From: a virus
Length of the DNA: 64,000 bases
Direction: 5' to 3' (one strand)
IMG/VR virus record: IMGVR_UViG_3300009181_006602
Location: 26,525-90,524 of that record
The notes under the pieces are model-generated. The model did not search any database, was not told where the DNA came from, and was given only the letters and a program-made list of their open reading frames with translations. This document shows positions 1-10,935 of this stretch, one piece after another. Position 1 is the stretch's first letter; every line of letters begins with the position of its first letter. Made by a program: the position numbers and the translations under genes.

Positions 1-501
1 AGTTTCGCGCTTAATTTGATCTCTTGAAAACAAGCGCTTAAATGCAATAAACATTGCTGAGTCAACAGTAGTCGTAGTCGTTCCTTCAAGCGGCACTTTA
101 AACAATGAATCGCTATTGCCTAAAAGCGTTTGTGCAAACTGTCGATAAACATCAACTTTTTCGCGCATCATTAATGAGCTACTGGGATACAAGGCTTTTC
201 CTGTAGCATCAACATCAGTTTTAGTAATTGCAGCTATTCCTGTTGTAAGTGATCCTTCAGGCGCAATACCGACAGTTATATCAAACACGGCATTCGCTGT
301 TTGTAACGTAAAGTCTTGATCATAAACAGTTTGAAATAACGATGAAGTGACGCCAGGACCGACCCCGCCTGTCACGAAATGCTGATATTTTCTTCTAGAT
401 GTTGAACCGCTTATATCTTCTTGTAAAACATCAATAAGCTGATTTAAAAAAGATCTTGCAGTCTTTATATCGCCAGGTGCTAATTCGTGAAATGTCGCCA
501 T
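1..501 (-). CDS. Putative virion structural protein, N-terminal part (runs off the left edge)
   Basis: My translation from the ATG at 501 reads MATFHELAPGDIKTARSFLNQLIDVLQEDISGSTSRRKYQHFVTGGVGPGVTSSLFQTVYDQDF... and stays open toward position 1. It is preceded by GAGG and lies directly downstream of 531..1238. It is absent from the ORF track because it has no stop in the window. Confidence 0.7.
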   Translation of the reverse strand, partial: MATFHELAPGDIKTARSFLNQLIDVLQEDISGSTSRRKYQHFVTGGVGPGVTSSLFQTVYDQDFTLQTANAVFDITVGIAPEGSLTTGIAAITKTDVDATGKALYPSSSLMMREKVDVYRQFAQTLLGNSDSLFKVPLEGTTTTTVDSAMFIAFKRLFSRDQIKRET

Positions 502-530
502 CTTAATTTCCTCGTAATTTAGATCTTATA

Positions 531-1238
531 TCAACGCATCGATGAAGTAATAGTAACGGGTAATTCGACTACTGAGCCAGAACTTCTACCAACTATCTTG
601 ATAGATGTTGTTATTATCCGGGCGCTGTCTGTAGTGATTCTACCATAAGTAGTAAAAATTGTTGATGTTAATGGTTTGACTTTAAGACTAAATTCCAATG
701 TTGGAACTGTCCCGCCATTCGTGGTTCTAATAACGTACTTTGCGATTTTATTAGAATCGGGAGAACCTACGGCTGATTGATTCAGTATGGTCAAAAATAG
801 ATCAGGTATATACACGTCAAAGTTAGTTTCGATTATATCTGCGTCAATTGTCGATTCGCCACCTTGTGGTTGTTGTTCTATTTTGATCGAAGCGGTAACA
901 TTTTCTCCGCTAGTAGATAATACCACGGAAGTTTGAGTCGTTGGTACTAATGTCAATCTAGGTAAGTAAATAAATGGTCTCGGAGCACTAATCATTCTAT
1001 ATTTAAGACCTAGATTTTGATTAGTAAATGCTTCAAAAATCGGAGTATTTTTTTCAATTTTCTCTCTTCCGATTGTTCTGCCGTATTTTGTAATAATGCC
1101 ATAATTGACTTCGTCGTCGCCTAAAGAAAATTTTGCGACTCTAAAAGAACCGTCATTTCTTGCTAGCGCTTGCCGACCGAAATCCGTTAGTACTGCGTCT
1201 AATATGATATTGTTCGTTGAATTATCTAAATAGCCCAA
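531..1238 (-). CDS. Putative baseplate/tail-collar protein
   Basis: N-terminal ILDAVLTDFGRQALA...KFSLGD resembles the LTxxGxxxLA start of phage tail-collar (DUF3751-like) proteins. TTG start with GGAGG just upstream. Confidence 0.55.
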   Translation of the reverse strand: MGYLDNSTNNIILDAVLTDFGRQALARNDGSFRVAKFSLGDDEVNYGIITKYGRTIGREKIEKNTPIFEAFTNQNLGLKYRMISAPRPFIYLPRLTLVPTTQTSVVLSTSGENVTASIKIEQQPQGGESTIDADIIETNFDVYIPDLFLTILNQSAVGSPDSNKIAKYVIRTTNGGTVPTLEFSLKVKPLTSTIFTTYGRITTDSARIITTSIKIVGRSSGSVVELPVTITSSMR

Positions 1239-1301
1239 TTTGAAGCCTCCACATGCATAATCTTACAATAGATATCGAATCAATAAAATTATAGCTCTAA
1301 A

Positions 1302-3443
1302 TTAAACCGTTGTCAATTCATAAGGGTCATCTATGACAATCTTTAATGAATCACTTTTTTGATTTTGAAGATTAATAAATTGAATCTTATAATAAGCATT
1401 GTCTTGTTTCGTAGAAACCATTCGCTGAATTAATCCAGTTTCATTGATTATCTTAAAATATTCAGGCATAAAATAAACCTTTAGTTTAGTAGAACTAAAT
1501 CCATCAGTCTTTATAACGTCTTTAAACGCGTCGACGTTTATGTGCAAGTTCGGATAAGGTTTCGGTGCACCGGCCGAACTAATCAATTTTTTCACCAAAA
1601 TATTTTTAAAAAAATCAAAAGTAACTTCAAACTGCGAACCATAGTTTGAAGACATCCCGTGTGCATCGATTGAAGTAATAGCGTAAATATATTTAGAAGA
1701 TTTTTGACTTTCAACGTCGATCTTAAAATCTTCATCTATAAAAAACAATACAGGTTGATCAGAATATTCAACAAACTGTAGAACTTCTGGGGACATATTT
1801 TTAGCGTTGCCGTCGACAACTTCTCCGGTACGATACTTTAATTTAGATTGATCAAAGCACTTTTGTACGATTAATTCAAACGGTTCTTCAATCTTTTCTC
1901 TTCTAAAAACTTGAAATTGTGTAATGTCTCTTTGCGAATTAACCGGCATGCCCCAGGCAACTTGTAGGCTTTTTTTCCTATAATCCCATATAAAATTTAG
2001 TTCTACTGGATGAGGAGGTGGAACAAATTCAAAGGTTTTGACTGTAGTCGTAACAGGATGCGATCCTATATAATATTGAATTTCCCTTATTTCATTTGTT
2101 TCTTCGTCATAACCCGTTGTAGAAATTCTTACAATCGATCTAATAGAATAAAAATACTCTTTACCTAAAAGAATAGACGTATCAATAAAATCGAGTACAT
2201 AAGCATTTTCTACTGTGTAAGTTTTATCCTTTTCATAACCATCTGCAGTATAGATGGATCTTTCTATCAGATAACCGATTAATCCTGCAGAAGTTTCAAA
2301 AGCATCAGGCGTTTGTATCGCAGGACCGACATACACAGGTTGTGTGTATACGTCGTCTATCTCTGCAGTTTCTTTATGGACAAGCGTATAGTTTTTATTT
2401 ATTTTTTTCCTTTCGTGAGGAAATAAAGAAGATGAAGCAAATATGTCTATTGCAGCTAATTTATTAATCTGCAAATTTAACGGATTTTTATTTGCTTTAG
2501 CTTTTAATGCTTCATATCCGGAATTAATTTTTATTTGATTATTACTAGAATCATAAAAAGTTATACCATGACTACGCGCAGAATCAGTAGCAATATCCTC
2601 TACGCTTTTTACCGAGGATGCTATATTTAAAAACTTATCCTTTTCCGATACAGCGCCTCTAATTGTTTGATTAGTTAAAGAATAGTTTTTTAGTGAATTT
2701 TTGTTATATGTATCGACAAGTTTTGATAAGCTAAATCCTGAATCGCCTAGTTCATCATTTGATAACGAATATTGTTGTTGTTTATTTATTTGATTAATAG
2801 AATTAGGAAATGTGTCTCTAGCTTGTCGCGCAGGTTGAGCAGCAGTTATAACTTTTGGAATACCCATAGGCGAGCTATAGTCTATAGAAGTTTTATTTTG
2901 CGTGAAACTTGTATTAGTCATTGATGATTGAGGAACATCCATGGAGTCTTTGCTAGTGCCGGCCGCTATCTCAGGAAAAGCATCTTCTATCCCAGGATAT
3001 AACTTTCCGCCGAGACTCATTATCTCAGAACTTGCGTCTCGAATAGAATCATAATTTGAAACAGAGTGAGAAGAAAACTTCGATTTTAAAAAAGATTCTT
3101 CGGTTTGAATTTTATCTAAATTTGATTCAATCGAAGTAGCCGGGCTGTTGGCAAGAAGAAGTCCTGCAGGTGCAATAGACCCTACAGGACCGTGCCATTG
3201 AAGTTTAATGTATCGTGGAATACGGAGCGAGAAATCTATAACTTCAGAATTGATTTGTTCTATAGACTTTCTTTTTAAATGATTGGGGATATTAGAATTT
3301 TCATTAGTTCGTTCATCTATTGTGTAATAGTTGTAAAAAAAATTTGAAATAAACTCAGTAACGTTGGGTACCTTCATAGAAACTACAGGCGACGATGGCT
3401 TAGAAAAACTAGACATTACTGTTTCTGGTTTAGAAAATGTCAT
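1302..3443 (-). CDS. Large hypothetical protein, probably virion structural, with FN3/Ig-like beta segments
   Basis: 713-aa ORF. FN3-like motifs include GYLIERS...FIDTSILLGKEYFYSIR and LQVAWGMP...FQVFRR...YIYAITSIDAHG. ATGA overlap with the upstream gene. Confidence 0.55.
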   Translation of the reverse strand: MTFSKPETVMSSFSKPSSPVVSMKVPNVTEFISNFFYNYYTIDERTNENSNIPNHLKRKSIEQINSEVIDFSLRIPRYIKLQWHGPVGSIAPAGLLLANSPATSIESNLDKIQTEESFLKSKFSSHSVSNYDSIRDASSEIMSLGGKLYPGIEDAFPEIAAGTSKDSMDVPQSSMTNTSFTQNKTSIDYSSPMGIPKVITAAQPARQARDTFPNSINQINKQQQYSLSNDELGDSGFSLSKLVDTYNKNSLKNYSLTNQTIRGAVSEKDKFLNIASSVKSVEDIATDSARSHGITFYDSSNNQIKINSGYEALKAKANKNPLNLQINKLAAIDIFASSSLFPHERKKINKNYTLVHKETAEIDDVYTQPVYVGPAIQTPDAFETSAGLIGYLIERSIYTADGYEKDKTYTVENAYVLDFIDTSILLGKEYFYSIRSIVRISTTGYDEETNEIREIQYYIGSHPVTTTVKTFEFVPPPHPVELNFIWDYRKKSLQVAWGMPVNSQRDITQFQVFRREKIEEPFELIVQKCFDQSKLKYRTGEVVDGNAKNMSPEVLQFVEYSDQPVLFFIDEDFKIDVESQKSSKYIYAITSIDAHGMSSNYGSQFEVTFDFFKNILVKKLISSAGAPKPYPNLHINVDAFKDVIKTDGFSSTKLKVYFMPEYFKIINETGLIQRMVSTKQDNAYYKIQFINLQNQKSDSLKIVIDDPYELTTV

Positions 3444-6400
3444 GATGCTTCCGTCCCTTCATACGTTTCTAACGCTACATAATATTTGTCGAATGTAGGT
3501 TCATTTATGTCATTTCTACTTAACGAAGAAATGTCGCCTGTCGAGCCAATATACTTTTCTATTACGCTTTGTGGCGTCCTTTCATCAATTTCGAAATCGT
3601 CTGGATCGAAGATAATGTGAAATGCTCTGTCAAACTTTTTTGGTAAAATTAACGATCTTATCATTGATAAATCGCTAGTTAGCAACGTGTCATCATTATA
3701 GAAGTTTTCTGCGGTGCTTTTCATAGCAGTGCTGCCTCCAGGCAATTCGGCAACAAACTTAGAGAATTGAGATTGAGATTTTTGAGAGATAACATTATAT
3801 TGTTGATATTTGTGTTCGTCAAAAGGCAGGTCTGTAGTGAGTCGTAAATACTCTTCCATTAAAAAGCTTGTCGAATGATTATCAAAAATTTCACTAAAAT
3901 CTTTATCTGATAAAAATGAATAATCTGTATCTTTAAGAGACGATTTTTCTAATGCATCTATCAATTTAAAATTATAATCTTCTGTATTTTTCAAATGTGG
4001 TATATTTTCGATTACGTTTTTATCAAACAACTGAAATGAAGAAGCTTCTGACATCATCCCGCGGGGAGAATTTGATGGACCTGTTGTTGTAAATATATCT
4101 TCGCTTTCTGATACGCTAAATCCATTATCAACGAAGTTTTTCAAAATTCTAGTCGGAAACAATCCTAGATCGAAAAGATATTTTTTTGGTCTATAGATCA
4201 CATCCGGTAAAAATGAATTTACTCTATAGATACACAAATTAACCAAACTATTTCTATGTCGAAGTCCGCTTAAGTTAGAAGAATTTATTCTCATTCTTCT
4301 GTGCAGCTTTTGAGGTATACCTATCGAAATAATTTTTTTATTAGAACCTACACCTTCGACAAATTCTTTGGATGCTAAAAACCCCTTTAAAAAAGTGTTC
4401 CAGGCGACGAGATGAACATCTTCTATAGGCAACACACTTTCGATATTATTAACATCTCTTAGACTTTGAAAATGAGGATTTGAATCTCTAATAGGAGAAA
4501 TGTAATCTTTTGCTAGTCTAGTTGCATAATCTTCAAATTTACTTCTCATCAATAAGAGTTGTTCTTCAGACAATAAAGATCTAGCTAACGCTGGATTGCC
4601 TATTTGTCTAGACAATATAAGCAATGTTCTTCCGTATAATCCTGATTTGAGCGACAAATTATTTTTTAATAACGTAAATTCACTTTTTAGTTGATAAACG
4701 AATGAATAAAATTTATCAATAAATCTAGTCGTTTTTGTATTGTAATCCGTCAACATGTTTTCTACCTTAACAATAATTTCATCATAATGTAGCGCAACTA
4801 ATTGAGGAACATTCGAATTAGAGGGTAGGTCAAAAATCCTAATTTCACGTTTAAATGTTGGTGGCAATTCAAAAACTCTTATGTTTTGTTTAGGCGTATT
4901 TATTTTTTTAATTCCGGTTATCGAAGAATTATAGACTTTATTTGCACTTGAGAATAAAGTTGGCGAGTTGGGAAGTCCAAAAGATTGATTTTTATACACA
5001 TCGTTTTCAATTAAATTAAACTTAGTAATCCCTTGATTCGCCTCTGACGCGCTAAGAAAAACTTGAACAACTGAATTTTTTATCTTATTAATCGTTATTT
5101 TGTGGCTTGATTCTCCGCGCGCGGAAGGCTTCTTTATTGACCCTAATCTCTCAGGATTAGCAAGATGAACCATTAAGCAGCATAATTTGAATATAGAAAT
5201 TAGATATAAGGTTTTTTGAATTCCTGTGTATGTTGATTTTTTATCTGCTGAAAAACCTGTATTGTTATTAGTGATATTTAAAATTTGAGTTGCAGCGGCA
5301 AAATTACTTCTATTTTGATCTAGAAAAAATCTTCCGTTAGTTTTTGAATTTTGGTTATCAACATCAAAATTTTCATTAAATTGAGTCAGCAGCGCGCCAA
5401 TCTTACTTAATATTTTTAAACCTGAAGAGCCATTAGAATTATATTGAGACAATAGTGCTTGTTTTATTACGTTAAGCGACAAAACAGTTTCTTCGCGGAC
5501 CTTTGATGTAGCGTCTATGACTTCTTCAACAAATAAGCTTTTAACTCTTTTCATGATAGTCTCTACCAGGATTATTCTAATAGTACTATCAGCAGGAGCA
5601 GAAACATCACCATAGTTTGATTCATTCGCCGTCGAAAATGCATTTGCAGAATACATCTGTAGTAAAAACAATAAAGACTGTAATTCAGCGTCGTCTTTAT
5701 CCAATGCCAGTGAAATCAATAATGCGCTCACATCGTTATCTTTATCTTTAAATTGCTTATTAGTCCATAACTTAGGACCGCCGCTTCGCCTTAATAAACC
5801 TGATCCGTCTAAAATATTTTTTTCTATATGTCTAAGCAAATTCACAGGATTAGAAAGAGAATCTTTTATGTCTTCTTGCAGTCGATTTTTTGCGCTCGCC
5901 GAGTTTACTTCGGCTGAGAGTCGCACAAATGTATTAGTTAGTGAGACGCCTGATTCTGAAGCTTTCGTAATTTTGTTCAATGCGCTTGAATATGGAATTG
6001 CTGGCTTAAATGATAAATCATCTTTAACCATCTTTAACATATTCGTGGCGGAATTTAGTCTTGATGAATATCGATCTAAACGCGTGGCATCGAACCCTCC
6101 TTTAACTGGGTTTATAGAACTCTCAAGATAATAAATCGTTCCAGGTGTTATTACTACGTTAGGTCTTACAGTACCTACATTGTCGTTAATATATCTATCC
6201 TCAAATGACAACACCTCTACTCCATCTGGTTCTATGGTTTGTGCTAAACTAACCAGTGACTTGCCACCCCCAAGAGGCGTCGGCGCAATATCTGTTATAT
6301 CGTCGCCGACTTGTCCAATAAAATAATTCCAGATATTAGAGTTTTTACCGCCAAAATTGAATGGATAACCGTAATCAGTAACGATCGTTGATCTCATTTT

Positions 6401-7447
6401 AGTAGAATAAACGTACTCTTTACATAAAAGATGACTTAGCTTTGCTATCGATTCATCTATACTAGAGGCATCAGAAAATATTTTTTCATTAAAAATAGAA
6501 CTATTGATATCGTTTGAACTAAACGCAGCAGCGGTAACTGTTATAATCGCGCCGATAGAACCAGCATCGCTTTTTAATAAACTTTGTATAGGGTAAGTTA
6601 GCACTTGTTTTTCATTAAATTTAAACTTTTTTATTAATGAAGACCTAGCAGGATTAAGACTAAGTGCGTCGTAATAAGAAGAATTATAAGGATCTATTCC
6701 TAAAGCCGTACCGTCAGATAAAAAAGACTGAGGCATTCCATTAGCTAAAATTTCTTTTAATTCTAGACAACTTTGCAGCCAGATCTTAGTCGGTGTCCAC
6801 GAATTAGTAACATTAGAAGACTCGTTTAATATATCTTCAACGCTTAGTGGTAGCGAATTAGCATAAAAATTTTGCGCGTCCGGATCAGTCAAGTCGTAAT
6901 CAGATGGAAGTATATCAATAAGCTTTAATATATTAATGTCGATCGGATATCTAAAATCCAACTTTTTTCTAATTGATGAAAAATGATTTAAAAGTTCCTC
7001 AATCCCGCTAGAATGTGTCAGCAGATATTCGGATATTCGATCAGCGCGACCTTCGGCATCAGCTTGTAAAGAGTTTCCGACTAAAGGATTAGTAAGTAAA
7101 TCTTGTATAATTTTTGATGATCTAATAAGAATAGAATCTTGTTTCGTTTGTAAATATTCTCCGAATTCGTTTAATCGATTTTGACTATCGTAAACAGGTA
7201 AGAAACTTGAAAAAGCTATAATCTCAGGACTATTACTAATAATACCTGTAGTCGTATCAAAAGGCTCAACTTTTTTTTGTTGATTTATGCTAGGAATCGT
7301 AAACGTTTCATCTAAATTAGTCTTTGAAGTTTCATAAGAAACACTAGAAGGCTTAGGAATTTCAAAATTAGCAATATTATGAGCAGAACCCCCGATGGAT
7401 TGAGCAACTACGTTTCCGTGTCTTAAGACTCTAGATTTTGATAACAT
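3440..7447 (-). CDS. Very large hypothetical protein (1335 aa), probably virion-associated
   Basis: Long uninterrupted ORF in a tightly packed operon with structural-type genes. No catalytic motif recognised. Confidence 0.55.
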   Translation of the reverse strand: MLSKSRVLRHGNVVAQSIGGSAHNIANFEIPKPSSVSYETSKTNLDETFTIPSINQQKKVEPFDTTTGIISNSPEIIAFSSFLPVYDSQNRLNEFGEYLQTKQDSILIRSSKIIQDLLTNPLVGNSLQADAEGRADRISEYLLTHSSGIEELLNHFSSIRKKLDFRYPIDINILKLIDILPSDYDLTDPDAQNFYANSLPLSVEDILNESSNVTNSWTPTKIWLQSCLELKEILANGMPQSFLSDGTALGIDPYNSSYYDALSLNPARSSLIKKFKFNEKQVLTYPIQSLLKSDAGSIGAIITVTAAAFSSNDINSSIFNEKIFSDASSIDESIAKLSHLLCKEYVYSTKMRSTIVTDYGYPFNFGGKNSNIWNYFIGQVGDDITDIAPTPLGGGKSLVSLAQTIEPDGVEVLSFEDRYINDNVGTVRPNVVITPGTIYYLESSINPVKGGFDATRLDRYSSRLNSATNMLKMVKDDLSFKPAIPYSSALNKITKASESGVSLTNTFVRLSAEVNSASAKNRLQEDIKDSLSNPVNLLRHIEKNILDGSGLLRRSGGPKLWTNKQFKDKDNDVSALLISLALDKDDAELQSLLFLLQMYSANAFSTANESNYGDVSAPADSTIRIILVETIMKRVKSLFVEEVIDATSKVREETVLSLNVIKQALLSQYNSNGSSGLKILSKIGALLTQFNENFDVDNQNSKTNGRFFLDQNRSNFAAATQILNITNNNTGFSADKKSTYTGIQKTLYLISIFKLCCLMVHLANPERLGSIKKPSARGESSHKITINKIKNSVVQVFLSASEANQGITKFNLIENDVYKNQSFGLPNSPTLFSSANKVYNSSITGIKKINTPKQNIRVFELPPTFKREIRIFDLPSNSNVPQLVALHYDEIIVKVENMLTDYNTKTTRFIDKFYSFVYQLKSEFTLLKNNLSLKSGLYGRTLLILSRQIGNPALARSLLSEEQLLLMRSKFEDYATRLAKDYISPIRDSNPHFQSLRDVNNIESVLPIEDVHLVAWNTFLKGFLASKEFVEGVGSNKKIISIGIPQKLHRRMRINSSNLSGLRHRNSLVNLCIYRVNSFLPDVIYRPKKYLFDLGLFPTRILKNFVDNGFSVSESEDIFTTTGPSNSPRGMMSEASSFQLFDKNVIENIPHLKNTEDYNFKLIDALEKSSLKDTDYSFLSDKDFSEIFDNHSTSFLMEEYLRLTTDLPFDEHKYQQYNVISQKSQSQFSKFVAELPGGSTAMKSTAENFYNDDTLLTSDLSMIRSLILPKKFDRAFHIIFDPDDFEIDERTPQSVIEKYIGSTGDISSLSRNDINEPTFDKYYVALETYEGTEAS

Positions 7448-9874
7448 TTATTTCTCCGAAATTTGTTGTTTAAAATACAACTCTTCTGGATCTACGACAA
7501 CAGCATTAGATCTTAACGCTGTACCTACTGAAAAGTCATATAAAACAGGAATCACATAATAAATAATTGTTCCTACGTCTGCTGGACCTAAAAAGTCGAA
7601 TAATTCTTGTCCTATGAACGCGCCTAATAATTGTCTAGTCGAATTAGCTTCTTTGACAACAACAAAATGATCAAACTCAGATAAATTACCCGTTAGGCTC
7701 CAGTGTAGTCTAATTTTATTTGCATCGATCCTTTCAGCAGCGAGCGAATTAATCATATATAGCTTATTCATGCCCGTCAGCAAATAGGTCGCTGTTACGC
7801 CTATCTCTCCATCCTCATCTATTTTTTTCATTATCATGTTATCTTGTTCATCAATAGCGGGAATGGTTCCACTTTCCAAATAAGAAGGTTGTCTCCACTT
7901 GTGAGGCTTATAACTAAAGGTCGATGGTGGCTCGCCGCCGTGATGGGGCAGATTCACTAAATGAACCAGCCCTTTAATCATAGTAGCTGGATTTCTAGCA
8001 TACGTTCTTACTTCATATAGATAATCGGCCGTGACATCTAAGTCTTCTATTCCATGCATCTTTCTATTGCTCATATCATCATTAAGAAAATATTCGCTTT
8101 GGCTATTTCCCAATGATGCGTTCGATGTCAAATCGCTAAAAAATTCTCTAACTCCATTTTTTAAATTTATTCTTGCAACTTTATGATAGACTATATCGTC
8201 TAGTTTGTCTAAACCAGTATTTGGATTTACCTCTATAGAAACACCTGGGGCGTTTGCTGCAATAAGGCCGATTTTGTCAGAAACATAAGACCGAGTGCTG
8301 GTAATATTAAATCTGAAATTAGGACGACCATCAACTAAAGTTGATGTATGATTAGACGTTGCAACAGCAATTCCTTTATTATTAATTTTAAAATATTGAT
8401 GTATCTTGCTAATGGATTGCCTTACTTCGCCAGTCGTCGTTTTATAACTCAAAAAATATTCATATATATCTCCACTTTTTACTTGGTCATCTACTAATAA
8501 AGTAGTGTCTCCTTCAAAATCTCTATATGGAATAATCACTTCTTTTTTTTCAAAAGAAGAACCGTTCCATGTAGATCTACTAATTTGAAATTGTGCTGCA
8601 TAAGATGGCGGATAGTTTAATGTAATCTCTACAGCGTCTGTCACACCAACATTTAATTTATCAGTAACTATCAAAGTTACGGTATCAATAGGCGTATTTT
8701 GTCCAGAAATTACGCCATCAGCGCGCGGATTCAACGTTGTAGTTAAGGCATCGCCTGTGATACATCTAAATATATTAAATTTGTTGTCAGGTATAGCTTC
8801 GCTTATAGCACATTCATCACCAACCACTAAAGTAGTATATTCGCTAGCTATACTATAGCGAGTACATTCTCCACGATTATTCATTTCCTTTTTTTCTATT
8901 CTTATGTAACTAGAATTAGGATCATTTTGTATAACGCTAACTTCTTGACGGTCTTTCGTCGGTGCCGCAAGTTTAGGACGAATAATCGGTTGCTTAAAAA
9001 ACTTTAAGTGTTTTGTAAGATTGACCGAAGTCGTCTTTCTTTCGACAGGAACTTCGTTTACAATAAGTCTTGCTTTTTTATTTCTTTCTAGTTTAAAAAG
9101 TTCTAATTGTACTTCGAAACTTCCTTGCACCAGATTTTTTGGTATCAATAGATACACTGGTATAGACACCTTATCAACAAGCTTTCTTTTTTTTGCTGAC
9201 CGATAATAGGCACTTTCGCGAGGCAAAGATTGCAGCGCATCGCGTATATAATATTTTCTAATCGAGTTAATAATTTCGTAATCAGTCCTATCAAGTTGTA
9301 AATTGACAACTTTCATCGGATGGACAAGAAAATTAGAAATTAATTCTAGATTAAGTTTTCTAATATCACCTTGATCGACATCGGATGAATCGTATAATGC
9401 ATTACGGTTATTAACTAATTCTAAACTATCTAAATAAGAATACATCCCTTCTATCTGAGATGCATGTACTCCAGACTGTAGCGCGCGCGCTACCTCGGGG
9501 TCTATATAATCGCGTAGATTAGCAACGCCTTCTGCAATTACACTATTGCTTTTTGCTATAGCTTGTTTCACTTGTCTAACGTGTTTAAATTGAATATTTT
9601 CAATTTCAAACTTGCCTTGTTGTGCTATAATGGCTTTTTTCTTTGGAGGCTGCGCACTTAATTTTTGAATATTAGAATTGTCTTCAATAAAAACATTTTG
9701 ATTAATACACTTGATGACTACTTTACTAAGGAATTTATTGGCTATCGCTATTTTAGAAACTCTAAAAACGAATTCAAAAACGTATGCTTCTTCGATTTCG
9801 TCAATTAACGTTGCGAAATGAGGCGTAAATTCTATTAGGTTTTTTTGTTTATTCGTAAAAGAATATGATTGCAT
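7448..9874 (-). CDS. Hypothetical protein with FN3-like segments, probably virion structural
   Basis: 808 aa. Segments FQISRSTW...LVDDQVKSGDIYEYFLSY, DYLYEVRTY and IRLHWSLTG...HFVVVKE...YYVIPV resemble FN3 strands. Confidence 0.55.
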   Translation of the reverse strand: MQSYSFTNKQKNLIEFTPHFATLIDEIEEAYVFEFVFRVSKIAIANKFLSKVVIKCINQNVFIEDNSNIQKLSAQPPKKKAIIAQQGKFEIENIQFKHVRQVKQAIAKSNSVIAEGVANLRDYIDPEVARALQSGVHASQIEGMYSYLDSLELVNNRNALYDSSDVDQGDIRKLNLELISNFLVHPMKVVNLQLDRTDYEIINSIRKYYIRDALQSLPRESAYYRSAKKRKLVDKVSIPVYLLIPKNLVQGSFEVQLELFKLERNKKARLIVNEVPVERKTTSVNLTKHLKFFKQPIIRPKLAAPTKDRQEVSVIQNDPNSSYIRIEKKEMNNRGECTRYSIASEYTTLVVGDECAISEAIPDNKFNIFRCITGDALTTTLNPRADGVISGQNTPIDTVTLIVTDKLNVGVTDAVEITLNYPPSYAAQFQISRSTWNGSSFEKKEVIIPYRDFEGDTTLLVDDQVKSGDIYEYFLSYKTTTGEVRQSISKIHQYFKINNKGIAVATSNHTSTLVDGRPNFRFNITSTRSYVSDKIGLIAANAPGVSIEVNPNTGLDKLDDIVYHKVARINLKNGVREFFSDLTSNASLGNSQSEYFLNDDMSNRKMHGIEDLDVTADYLYEVRTYARNPATMIKGLVHLVNLPHHGGEPPSTFSYKPHKWRQPSYLESGTIPAIDEQDNMIMKKIDEDGEIGVTATYLLTGMNKLYMINSLAAERIDANKIRLHWSLTGNLSEFDHFVVVKEANSTRQLLGAFIGQELFDFLGPADVGTIIYYVIPVLYDFSVGTALRSNAVVVDPEELYFKQQISEK

Positions 9875-9886
9875 CGTAACTTCTCT

Positions 9887-10885
9887 CTAAAAATCTTCTT
9901 CATTAGATCCGAAGACTAAAGTAAATAAATGTATGAAACAATCAGATCCCGAATCATCGACTATAAGTTTTCCAATAAAAAACACGTGATGACTTGCTAC
10001 TTTGATAGATTGCGAATTATTATAAACCTTGCCGTAGTCAATAACGTCTAGTTTTCTTACTTCGTTATTTGTTATTTCAAAAAATTGTGCAACAATATCA
10101 TTATCTCTTGATGTTGGATCGAAATAAATTACTCTTGAGTTTTCTTCATAGCTCTTTAGTTCTTGCGTTATTCTTTTAAACGTAAGTTTTTCAATTTTCC
10201 CCCATGGAGGATAGTTTCCTAACCCATATCCGCTATTAATTAAAGCTGAGATGTTCGTTTTGTCAGCGGTGCCTGGTCTTGTCTTCTTAATAGGTGGCAG
10301 CCATTTAAAGTTAATTAAATTTCTTAACTTTTCATCATTAAATAGTGAGTCTATTAAAGACGTATTCGTTGGTTGAATTAATTGAATCGTTTCTTTATTA
10401 GGTACGATTTTAAATTCTACCTCGTTAGGGCTCAAGGCAAATTGATCATCATTAAACAATCTGTCTATCGTACTTAAAATTTGTAGTTGTTTGAAACTAT
10501 CTATAGAGGAACTTAATATACCTTCTATTTGAGAAGCGAATTTAGATCCAGAGACTATGGTATCGGAAATGGAGCCAGATATAAAATTCGTCTCTACTTT
10601 TTTTAATTTCCCGCGACTAATGTTATGAGTAGGATTGTATGAATTTAATAAACCTGAATCATCTGCTTCAAAAGTTATTTGATCTTGTGGAACGTTAAAC
10701 GCTTCAAGATATATTTTCCTAGTCGGGTCTATGTGGCCTTCTAATGTATCTGATTCATAAACAACATGAGCGTCGGTAAACGTAGCGTAATTGATACTAA
10801 ACGTGTTAGCAGCAAGTTGACGTCTACCTTCATGCGTTATAATCGCATCAATCACTCTAGATTTATTATCTAATATTCCGCTCAT
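9887..10885 (-). CDS. Putative baseplate/tail-collar protein, paralogue of 531..1238
   Basis: N-terminus MSGILDNKSRVIDAIITHEGRRQLA aligns by eye with MGYLDNSTNNIILDAVLTDFGRQALA. ATG at 10885 preferred over the ORF-track start at 10900. Confidence 0.55.
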   Translation of the reverse strand: MSGILDNKSRVIDAIITHEGRRQLAANTFSINYATFTDAHVVYESDTLEGHIDPTRKIYLEAFNVPQDQITFEADDSGLLNSYNPTHNISRGKLKKVETNFISGSISDTIVSGSKFASQIEGILSSSIDSFKQLQILSTIDRLFNDDQFALSPNEVEFKIVPNKETIQLIQPTNTSLIDSLFNDEKLRNLINFKWLPPIKKTRPGTADKTNISALINSGYGLGNYPPWGKIEKLTFKRITQELKSYEENSRVIYFDPTSRDNDIVAQFFEITNNEVRKLDVIDYGKVYNNSQSIKVASHHVFFIGKLIVDDSGSDCFIHLFTLVFGSNEEDF

Positions 10886-10935
10886 GTTTCTACATACCAA
10901 ATATGTAAGATTGTTAGAATGTGGCCTATTTAGTG

